This document shows positions 24,675 through 34,830 of a stretch of 45,258 bases of DNA, piece after piece. The first letter of the stretch is position 1, and each line of letters begins with the position of its first letter. A program made the position numbers and the translations under genes. This DNA comes from Reclinomonas americana ATCC 50394 (lineage: Eukaryota): positions 57,131 through 102,388 of the forward strand of contig PS015218.1 in assembly GCA_048213135.1 (NCBI GenBank), read 5' to 3'. Below the pieces are notes generated by a model. That model ran no database searches. It was not told the origin of the DNA and saw only the letters and a program-made list of their open reading frames with translations.

Positions 24675-26626
24675 TCATTGTGGCAGTGCTCTGGAGACGG
24701 CCTCGAAGCAGAAAAAGACAAGCTGTTGCACGCACACAATAAGTGAAAAAGTGAGTGGAGAGAGGAGGGAGCAGATGCGGGCACGAAACTGCATGCATGG
24801 GCAGTGCTCGGATGATTGCTGGCACGAGACCGCGGTGAAAGGCAGCAATGCCTCCTTCGTGCCATATCTGTGTGCAGGCACGAGAGAGATGGGTGAAGGG
24901 CTCCACAAAGAGAGATGGACAAGCAAGCAGCACGCACTTCGCGCACACAGTGCATCAAGGCTGCGAGCGCAACCAGTGAGAAAACCATGCAGTATCGATC
25001 CCTGGCGAAAATGGCACGCAACAAGTGTACTGGCCCGGATGAGCGTTGCTCATGCGCGTCTTCACCACATCGATGGGATACAAGGGTGGCATCCTACAGT
25101 TGCGCTGGCGGTGAGCAAGTTGTTGCACACATAGAGTCACCATCGACGTGACATGAACTTACCACTGCAAGACTCCGGCCACCGCACCTGGATCGGCAAT
25201 CACATGTAAGTGCACCAGATCGCTTACCCAGCTGAACAAAAAGGAATGCACGTACCAGCCACGAGACAGCGCTGCAGAGAGAGCTGATCACCCGGCTTGG
25301 CGTCGGCTGGCGTCAGCGCTCGCTTGGTGATGTCGTCTGCAGACCCAGGCATCTCTTGATTCACACAAACACAAACATGTGCAGCATCCACGGAGGAGAC
25401 GCAACACGTGGGATAGTAGACGCCGAACTGGGTGCCCTCACGAATCATGGTGGCCGACAGACCGCGGAAGAGGCCGTGTCGGAATCCTTCTCTCCTCACC
25501 AGGTCGGCGACACACGCACCGGACCAGCGATAGGGCGCCAGACCGCCTGCCCGTTCCCTGCCTGCCGAAAGCAATCACACACCAAACAGAAAGGAGATCA
25601 GAGAAAAGGAGAGAGTGCAGTGGCGACGTAGGAGCACGGAACCTTGCATGACAATCTTCACACGCTCAAACTAATTAATGCATTGGCGATGAGTGTTTCC
25701 GTTGTCAGTGTCCAAGCAAGTGCGGAAACATAACACGAACGACGTGAGCTCACCACCTGCAACACACATACACACGGTAAGAGACTCGTGCAGTGACAGC
25801 GGATGCCGCTGCACGACGCAACATGCCGAACGGGACCCTGCGCGATACCAGCAAAGAAACCGCAGGCGCCCAACTCCCACACCGACAGCTGCTTGTGCGG
25901 ATCGCCGCCCTGCATCGTGCGTCGCGCCCAACCATTGGAACCGAAGCTGAGAGCAAGTCAGGAACAGTGGCGTGGGGCCAGCGAAGAAAGCCACAACTTT
26001 GCACACCTGATGGCGTACATGATGCCGTCTTTCTCATGCAACGACGAAGGTAAGCGACGATCTGACTCGGAAGCGATACACACACACACGCACTGCAGTG
26101 TAACGCAACAGCCTGCACAGCAGAGAGTCAGCAATCGCATCAACACAGAGGCACACGACGAGGTGATCATGACAAACCACTGACAGGGCTCAACAGGCCG
26201 CGATCTGTGCGATGACACTCGTGAGCATGCAGCGGGGGCGGGTGAGCAAGAGAGAGACGCAACAGAGCGCCCGGTAACCGTCGGCACGGATCATGGACTG
26301 CATCGTGGAGTACTGCATGCATGCAAAGCTCAGTGATCACTCGCAACACTGAGAGAGAGACACACACACACACAGACCATGCCAGCACCGCTGGCGCCAC
26401 GGTGCAGCTGCAGTCGCGTCTTGGCAGTGTCAAAGGGCTGTGCACGATCATGGTCAGCGCCGAGGAAGGGGGAATGCAACTCATGTAGTACTCACAAACA
26501 CAGCAGTGATGCCAATCGCTCCCGCTGTGTGCATCGAGTGGAGTGAGAGTGTGGATGTGGAGGAGGACGGCGGTCAGGAAGAAGACCGATGGAGCCGGCA
26601 GCAAGGTCGTGCACCAGTGCTTGCAT
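24675..26626 (-). CDS. Mitochondrial carrier (SLC25) paralog 2; 17 exons including two 3-nt microexons
   Basis: MQALVHDLAAGSI/AGAIGITAVF/PFDTAKTRLQ...YRGLLSPVSGYGIMYAISF...PVRHVFERVKIVMQ...GLFRGLSATMIRE...YPIDVVKTRM...AFHRGLVPAIIRALPMHA/LVFFCFEAVSRALPQ*. Open frame after splicing. Confidence 0.9.
25754..25756 (-). other. 3-nt microexon (GTG, Val) in carrier paralog 2
   Basis: Minus strand ttgcag|GTG|gtgagc. Supplies the V in PVRH-V-FERVK, aligning with QVLERVK of paralog 1. Confidence 0.8.
26110..26112 (-). other. 3-nt microexon (GCT) in carrier paralog 2
   Basis: Minus strand ctgac...gtgcag|GCT|gttgcgt. G+GC and T+AC give Gly-Tyr, restoring the GYG of paralog 1. Confidence 0.8.
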
Positions 26627-26661
26627 GACGCGAACGATGGACGACGATTTGTCCTTTGTTT

Positions 26662-28475
26662 TTATTGTGGCTCGGGAAGTTTGCCGAAGAGCAGTAACAT
26701 GGACGCCTCGTAGCTGAAGAAGACAAGCTGCGTGGAGACCCGGCGAGAGGTCGGTCATCGGAGACAAGGGTCTCGGAAGAATGGAAACGACGTCAACGCA
26801 ACTGCGTGCATCGGAAGTGCTCGTGCCAGTGCTGGGACGAGTCCGCGATGAAAGGCGCCGATGCCGCCCTCGGCGTACAGCTGCAGAACCAGACACACAG
26901 GTCAGTGTGAGAGGATCGAGGCTGTAATGAAAGCGGAGAACGTACCTTGCGAATGCAGTCCCAGACACCTGTACATGTGTTTGTACAAGGGTCTTGGTGA
27001 GCACGTGTGCTGAGTTGCATCGCATCGGACTCGTCGTGCACAAACCAGTGTACTCGCCAGGCAGCGCATTACTCATGCGTGTCTTCACGACGTCGATCGC
27101 GTACAGCGGTGGAAGCCTGCGAAAACAGAGGCAAGGGTGAGCCACCGATGAGACGATCGGTGTGTGCTCGTAGTGCACCATTGCAGCACACCGGCCGCAG
27201 CGCCGGCCACCAGGCACTGCACCAGCGACACGTGGTTGGCGGGCGCATCGGCTGGTCTCAGTGCCTCCTTCACCAGATCGTCTGCCACGCAGCGCAGTGA
27301 ACGAGAGAGTCACGAAGAGAAATCGCTGGGATGCGCCACGCAACAGGCTGGATAGTAGACGGCGAACTGAGCGCATTCGCGAATGGTGGTCGATGTGTTG
27401 CCACGAAAGAGGCCCTGCCTCAAACCCTCTTTCCGAATGAGATCTGCGGCACACGCTCCCGACCAGCGATACGGTGCGTGACCGCCGGCACTTTCACGAG
27501 CTGTCGCACAGTCAGTGAAATGCAAGGAAACTCGACGGCACATGGCGCGTCACCTTGCATCACGATCTTGACACGCTCAAACTGCGCTCCTCCACACACG
27601 AGAATGTTCAAGTGAGAAAAACAACGCCACGGCAATCACCTGGGTGACTGCAAACACGAACCACCTGCGTCGCGGGAGTGAGCCAGCAGCAGCGAGGAGA
27701 AAGACACCACGCTTGCACGCAACATGCGTGGGAGGCGCCTGTGCGAGACCAGCAAAAGCCCCACACAGGGCCAGCTGGTACACCGAGAGTGGCTTGCTGT
27801 CTTCCCCACCCTGCATCGTGCGTCGTGCCCAACCGTATGCTGCAAAACTGCGACATCCGCCCGCGAATGAGATCACAAAGAGGCGAGTTGCCAGCACGCA
27901 GCGTATTCGCACTCACCTGATGGCGTACATGCCACCATCTATTAGCGGCATCGGCGAGGAGAGCACTGCAGTGAGCAAACAACTCCACAGCGACACGGAC
28001 GAGGAGACAACTCACATCCTGCAAGCATGCACCAAAGTGAGGCAACTCGCCACAAGAACGGCTTGCATGCAAGATGCACTCACCGGACACTGGCGACAGC
28101 AGTCCGCGATATAATGAGCGCACACCGTCCTTCCGTACCAGATCGCGCATCGCCGACATCTTTTGCACAAGAAAGGTGATTTCTCCGAGTTTTCGAACAT
28201 GATCACTCACACACACAACACACGGACCATGCCAATGCCGTGTGCGCCGTGATGCACTTGGAGGCGAGTCTTGGCCGTGTCAAACGGCTGCACATGGGTG
28301 AACACAAGAGACGCATGACACGAGAGAGAGAGAGAGAGAGAAAAGGCGACGCACAAAGACAGCCGTGATGCCGATCGATCCAGCTGCGCACTGGTGTCAG
28401 TGGTCGCCACTCACCTCTCTTGTTGCAGCACTCACCGATCGATCCAGCCACCAAGTCCGCGATGAACGCGTCCAT
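26662..28475 (-). CDS. Mitochondrial carrier (SLC25) paralog 3; 15 exons including two 3-nt microexons
   Basis: MDAFIADLVAGSI/AGSIGITAVF/PFDTAKTRLQ...LYRGLLSPVSGYGGMYAISFAAYG...PPTHVFERVKIVMQ...GLFRGNTSTTIRE...YAIDVVKTRM...AFHRGLVPALARALPMHA/LVFFSYEASMLLLFGKLPEPQ*. Confidence 0.9.
27662..27664 (-). other. 3-nt microexon (GTG, Val) in carrier paralog 3
   Basis: Minus strand ctcac...acgcag|GTG|gttcgt; same position as the paralog 2 microexon at 25754-25756. Confidence 0.8.
28016..28018 (-). other. 3-nt microexon (GAT) in carrier paralog 3
   Basis: Minus strand ctcac...ttgcag|GAT|gtgagt. G+GA and T+AT give Gly-Tyr; same position as 26110-26112. Confidence 0.82.
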
Positions 28476-28580
28476 CGCGAAACAAAAGAAGTCCTGCGCA
28501 ACAAGTGTCCTGCCAATCATCATCCCTCGTCCGTCCCTCCCGTGCGCTGGTCATCCACAGCCTTCAATCGCACACACACC

Positions 28581-29823
28581 ATGTCGTCCATGCGCAACCT
28601 CACCAAGCGACGCAACCACAGAGAGGTTGGTCTCCTCTTCATTTCTTTGACTCTCTCTCTGCGTGTCTCTCTGTTGTCACCCACCTCGCCATGGAGTGTG
28701 TGTGATTCCTCCCCTCGCCTTCTTCTTCTTGTTGTTGGGAGAATCGGGGCCTCTTTTTTTGGGGGGCGGTGGTCTGTGCATGTGAATGTGCACTTACACT
28801 CGTTTTCCGCCCAGCGCTCGCAACCCGGCGCCCGCCAACATCGCGGCCTGCTGGAGAAGCACAAGGACTATGTGGAACGCGCTCGTGACTTTCACAAGAA
28901 GGAGGTGAGTCTTCTACTGAGAGTGTGACACACACACACACACACACATCCTCTGGGAGCGGCCTCGTCTCGACCAGCTCACGATGAATGATCACCACGT
29001 AGGATCGTCTGAGGAAACTCACCGAGGCCGCCAGCATGCGCAACCCCGACGAGTTCTACTTCAAGATGATCAACTCGTCCACCAAGAACGGCGTTCACAT
29101 ACAACTGCGACCAGAAGAGGAGCTCGGGAAGCACACGGCTGATGAGCTGCGACTGATGCATACTCAGGACTTGGGCTATCTGCGCATGCGCAAGCAAATG
29201 GAGGAGAAGGTCGGTGTTTGGTGTCGTCTTCTCTCTCTCTCTCACACGCAGTATGTGCGCTGTGCTCACACGTACCACCACCACTGTTGCGCTCGCCAGA
29301 AAATCGAAAAGCTGCAGGGCGAGCTGACCTTTGCGAATGCCGATGGCCCGATCGCCACGGCCTCGCGGCCGACACATCGCGTGTTTGTGTCGTCGGAGGA
29401 GCAAATAGAGGAGTTTGACCCCACCGAGTACTTTGACACGCCGCTGGAGCTGCTGGATGTGAAGCACAACCGGTGAGACCTTCTCGTATTTTCCCCCCGC
29501 TCGCTCTGTCTCGCCCGCGCTCATTTGCCGGCAGACCTCGCACGGCCAAGGTGGCCGAACTGGCGGCCGCCATTGCTGCTGAGGGAGAAAAGGCCGTGGC
29601 TTCCAGGGTGCTGCCGCGGACCACGGAGAAGACACGGAAGCAGCGCAAGCGTTTGTACACGGAGCTTGCCGACCGCATCGATCGTGAGGAGAAGGTCGAT
29701 CGAGTGATTCGCAAGCTGGAGTTGCAGAAGAATCTGATGAACAAGGGCAAGCGACGCAAGGTGGCGCCCGCCAAGGACGGAGAACCGGCGGTGTTCAAGT
29801 GGTCTCGAGAGCGCAAGCGATGA
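28581..29823 (+). CDS. UTP11: U3 snoRNP/SSU processome protein UTP11 (5 exons)
   Basis: MSSMRNLTKRRNHRE/RSQPGARQHRGLLEKHKDYVERARDFHKKE/DRLRKL...RNPDEFYFKMINS...LMHTQDLGYL...FDPTEYFDTPLELL...VFKWSRERKR*. Confidence 0.95.
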
Positions 29824-29877
29824 ACCTCCAATGTTAATTAACCACGAAAGCATGTTTGATGATTGTTTGTTTGTTGT

Positions 29878-32458
29878 TTACTCTCCACCGTCGTGCATAG
29901 AGACCAGCTCCTGGTACCGCCTCTCGAATGTAGCGGGATCCCGCAGACTCTGCGCGGCGCGTTCGTGCACCGCAGCCACGGCGGTGAATTGCTTACTCTC
30001 CCAGTGCGCTTGTGCCAATTGCATCCACACATCTGTGTGTCGGTGCAGCGATCAGTCAACCGAGAAGCGCATTGATTCGAGAGCGACAATGAGACTCACC
30101 AGCATTGACTTCGGCCACACGACCCACGGCCAGCACCGCTTCGAGGACCCGCACGGCCTCGGCCGCCAGCGACTTGTCTTTTCGCTGCAGCAGCATCGCG
30201 GACCACCGAATGGCCAACGAGGAGCGACTGTTCTCCGAGACCAGGCCGCTGAGCTCATTGTACGCCTGTCGTGCCTCGGCCACTCCCGCCAGCTCCGCCG
30301 CAAGTTCCAAGTAGGTCAGGGCCAATCGCGGCGCATCGGCGCATGCGTGTAGGCACTCGCGAAGCACCGGCCGCGCACCCTGGCTCCACCCAAGAGCCGC
30401 GCGATGCTGGTACACGGCCTGCGTCAGGCACGAGGCCATGAGGTGCAGGCGACGAGTCTTGTCGGTCGACAGCAGCGCTTCTCCAGCCAGCGTTTTCGCC
30501 AGCAAGCGAATACCCTCCAGCAACACACGCTCTGCCGACTTGTAGTCGTCATCTGTGCCATTTTTCAGGCCGACAGTGAGCGAGAGAAAATGAGTGCGGC
30601 TACGCCAACGAGACGAAACTCTTGAGGTGTGCCGACGCCGCCATCAGACGCGCCTCGGCCATCAGTGGGAACGCTGTGACATATGCGTTGCCGACACGCA
30701 CCAATTCGGTCGCCGGCTGACCGCTGCTCTCCAACAGCTCGAGGTATCGTTGGAATGTTGATGCCGAGCACTCGCCGGCAGCAATCGCTCTCTCGCACAC
30801 ACCGACCAGCGTCGACAACAAGCCGTACACGTCGGACACTGCCGTTTCCCTCTCGCACGCCACCGACATGCAGTCCTCCAACAGCAACGCGTACAACTCC
30901 CATAACCGTGCACGATCGTCGCCGCTCACCCGTTGTTCGGAGAGCGCCCTCTCAAACACCTCGCAAGCTGCATCCACATTCAGCTGTCGCTGTCGCAGCG
31001 CCTCCCTCTTGGCCTTGCCCGGCAACATCGAGGCCGTGTCGCCGAGTCCACTCGCCGCGCGAGCCAGTGAATCGTACAACAGTGGAGACGACGGATGCAG
31101 ACGGGAGGCCACGCGGGCCATTTGGCGCGCCAGCACCGGATGCAGATCGGCACGCACACACGCCGCAAATCGCGCATGCACATCCTCTGTGTCTCCCAGA
31201 TCTGCGTCGCAACGGTAGCGTTAGCACACACACACACACACACCACTGCGAGGGTACTCGCACAGGCGGTCGCAACTCTTGACGGCATTCTTGTAGATGA
31301 TCAGACACAGAGCACCGGCCAGCACACGCTGAAACGCGGCATCCTCGGGCGACATGTCGGCCGTCACACTCTCCAACCCCTCGCTGGCAACCTCCGCAAA
31401 TACTTGCTCCAAATCCGCACCACCGTCGCCCTTCTCCGCCTTCTCCTCCGTGGCCAGCGACTCGAGCAGTGCACGCGTGTCAATGGCCGAGTCGGCGGTC
31501 GCACCGACTTCATCGTCACGCTTCTCGTCAATGCCCAGAATTTGACGCCGCTGTGAGATGCGCTCCACAAACTCCAGCTCGAATCGGAAGTAGGTCAGCC
31601 ACAGGTCCATCGACCGCGATCTGTAGCGCAGCGCTTGCTGCAGCAGCACTGTGGACAGACATCACTTAAGAACGGAGCACGAAGACTACAAAAAGCTTGC
31701 GTCACGCACCACGTGCGGCCTTGATGTTGCCATTCTCCTGCATCTCCCACTGCGCGGCGCGACGCCACAGCTCGTCGCATCGCGGATGCAACTGCAGCGC
31801 ACTGGCGGGGGAGCAGAAGAAAATCAGCAACACGTAGCCGCAGAGCAAGTGGTGTCGCCCACTCACCGGGGATAGAGTCGAGCGAGCAACTGGCGACTGT
31901 GATGCTTCTCTGCATAGTCCGCATACGTCAGCCACAGCGACACATCGCCGGGCCACTTGCGAGTCGCGCGATCAAACACGCGAATGATGCATCGTGCAGC
32001 GGCGGATCCACTCACGCCTCCCTTCTTGGCGCCTGCCACCAGTGACAGCAGCAACTTGCAAAGTCAGCGCGTCACTCTCACCAATACACACATCTCTCCT
32101 ATCACACACACGCACCCAGTCGCTCGCATCGCTTGAGGCGCAGCTTGTCCAGGGCTTCCTCGTACTCCACATAGCGCAGAAAGTCCTGCTTGGCGGGTCC
32201 CCGACGATGAATGAGATGCTCAAACTTGGTGCGCCGACGCACAATCGTCTTGATCTCCTCCTGCGAGCAGCGATGCGAGCGAGTGAGGCGACGGTCGTGT
32301 TGGTGGTGGTGTAGATGTGAATGTGCACATGGACGCCACACACCCCCCGCGCACACGCAGCGACACACACGAACCGGTGTAAAGATCTCGCGCGCCTGCA
32401 GCTCCTCAAGCTCAGGAATGCTCGCCTCCAGCGCTTTGCGGATCAGCTCTGCGCTCAT
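29878..32458 (-). CDS. UTP6: U3 snoRNA-associated protein 6 (HAT repeats), 8 exons
   Basis: LEASIPELEELQAREIFTP/EEIKTIVRRRTKFEHLIHRR...DFLRYVEYEEALDKLRLKR; IIRVFDRATRKWPGDVSLWLTY; ALQLHP...LW..AAQWE..ENGNIKAAR; LWLTYFRFELEFVERI..RR..LG. Confidence 0.9.
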
Positions 32459-32716
32459 GATGACGACGACGGGTGAACGACGACGTGTCCTGAGGGACAC
32501 TCATCTCCCGCCGGCGTGTGTCACACCGCGACGAGTTGCGTAGCCGCACACCACACACACTCGCACGTCCCCTCCACTGCATCTATCCATCCATGCATCT
32601 TCCTTTCTGCGCCCTCGCTGCGCGCACTCCAGGCCTGACATCTCACACTTGTCATGTCGCGCGCACACACACGCAGCACACTCTCCCCGTGGCTTCGACT
32701 GCGCATACGAGTGCAC

Positions 32717-34798
32717 ATGTCGTCTGCAGCAGACTCTTCGTCCACCGCACCCGCCTCCGCCGCAGCGGCCGCGGGTGCAGTTGCCCCGCCGCTAAGCAGT
32801 ATTCGCGTGGCTGTGCCACTGCCGCTGCGTGTGGCGGTGCGCATGCGACCCTTTCTTGCTCGCGAGCTGCACGGAGAGGGCGGCGTGTTCGCCGTGGAAG
32901 GATGGTCGATCGACGACGAGGATCCCGCGGATGGGAGACACAGGCGACGACTAACGGAGGTGCGCATACCGCCGCCTGCACGTCCGCCCTCTGGTGGCGC
33001 TGGCAGTCCACGCGGTGGTGGTGGTGGTGGCAGTGATGCAGCGTCGTCGTCTTCCCCGCGAGGAGGCGCCAATGACGACAGTCGGCGAGTGTCGTTCACG
33101 TTCGGTATGTCGTGCCCATCATCAGTTTGCTGGTCTGCGCGTCTCACGCCGCGAGGTGTACACAGATCGAGTGTATGGTCCGGCCGATGACACTGTCAGC
33201 GTGTACGAGGGCAGTGTAAAGGACTACGTGCAGGATGTGGCGCTCGGCTTCAATGCCTCGGTGACGGCGTATGGTCATTCGGGCACGGGCAAGGTCTGTG
33301 TCACGCCACTCCTCGTTTCACGGTGTGCTTTTTGTGTCGCTGATCGCTGTTGAGCAGACGTTCACAATGTTGGGTCCGCACAAGAACGATGGCATAATCT
33401 CGCTGGCTGTGCGCGACATTTTCGAGACCATTCGTCATGTGCGTGTGTGTGTGTGTTCGAGAGTGTGCCTGCAGAGCAACAGCTGACGTGCAACTTGGGT
33501 GCAGACGCCGGGCCGCGAGTTTCTTGTCCGCGTTTCGTACTATCAGCTGTACCGTGAGAACATCCTCGACCTGCTGCGAACCAAAAAGGACGACAAGGTG
33601 GTTCCCAGATTACGGGAGTATCCAGAGGTGCGGCGGCGGCTGCACTGCCTCACCACTGTCACTCCGTCCTCGTGCTAATCCCTCGCAAACTGGATGTTAT
33701 TCGTGGCGCAGCGTGGCATTGTCGTTACGGATCTGAAGGAGAAAGTGGTGACCTGTGAGGAAGACGTGCAGCGGCTGCTTGAACGCGGCACTGGTGAGCA
33801 TCCCCGCAGTGCTGCTTTCTCCTCACAAAGCAACAGTGGCACTGACGGGTGGAGCGGTTGTATGACTTTTGTTGCAGAGGCGCTGATCGTTCACAACTAC
33901 TCGATGGATGCCGTCAACCGGTCGCACGCCATCTTTTGTGTGACTGTGGAGAGTCGGTCGCTGCGCGAGCGCAGCGTGGCGCGCGTGTCATCTCTCCAAG
34001 TGATCGACTTGGCCGGCAACGAGCGCGCTCACATGGCCGGTCACCGCTCGACGCGCATGCGAGAAGGCGTCGTGATCAACCAGTCGCTGCTGTCGCTCGG
34101 CACAGTTGTCAGCAAGCTGGCCGATGGCGGCTTTGCGCACATTCCCTATCGCGATTCCAAGCTCACTCGCATTCTCCAACCGAGCCTCGGTGGCAACACC
34201 AAGGCCGTCTTCACCTGCCACGTCTCGCCCTCGGCCGGTTTCTCTGAGGACAGCATGCTCACACTCAAGTTTGGTGCGCGAGCGGCACGCATCACCAACT
34301 CGGTGTACATCAACGAGGTGCTCGACGATCACACCCTCATCAAGCGCTACGAGCGCGAGATTCTGGAGCTGCAGTCGCACCTGCTGCGCATCGCCGACAC
34401 GATTGCTCCGTCGGCACCTGACACGGAACTCAGCAAGGTGACTCGCGTGCATGCTCGCGTGTGTGCATGTGCTAATGTCTGTCACTCACATCTCTTGGGG
34501 CGATTTTGCAGGCCGACGCGCAAATGTTGCACAGATTGACCAGTTTGGAGCGTTCGATTCTTACCGCTCCACCGGATGTGGCGCCAGTCGGCGAGGTTGC
34601 GGGAGCTTCTCCCGTATCGGATGCCGTCTTTGATCCATTCAGCCCGCATGCGAATCGTGCGAGGGGCGCCAACGGTGCCGGCGTGTCGGAGGTGCCGTCG
34701 CACTCGCACCAAGTCGTCGAGCACTCCAATGGTCACGCCAGTAGCGGTGGCTCCAGCAGCTCTAGCAGCAGCAGCAGCNNNNNNNNNNNNNNNNNNNN

Positions 34799-34830
<32 letters not shown>

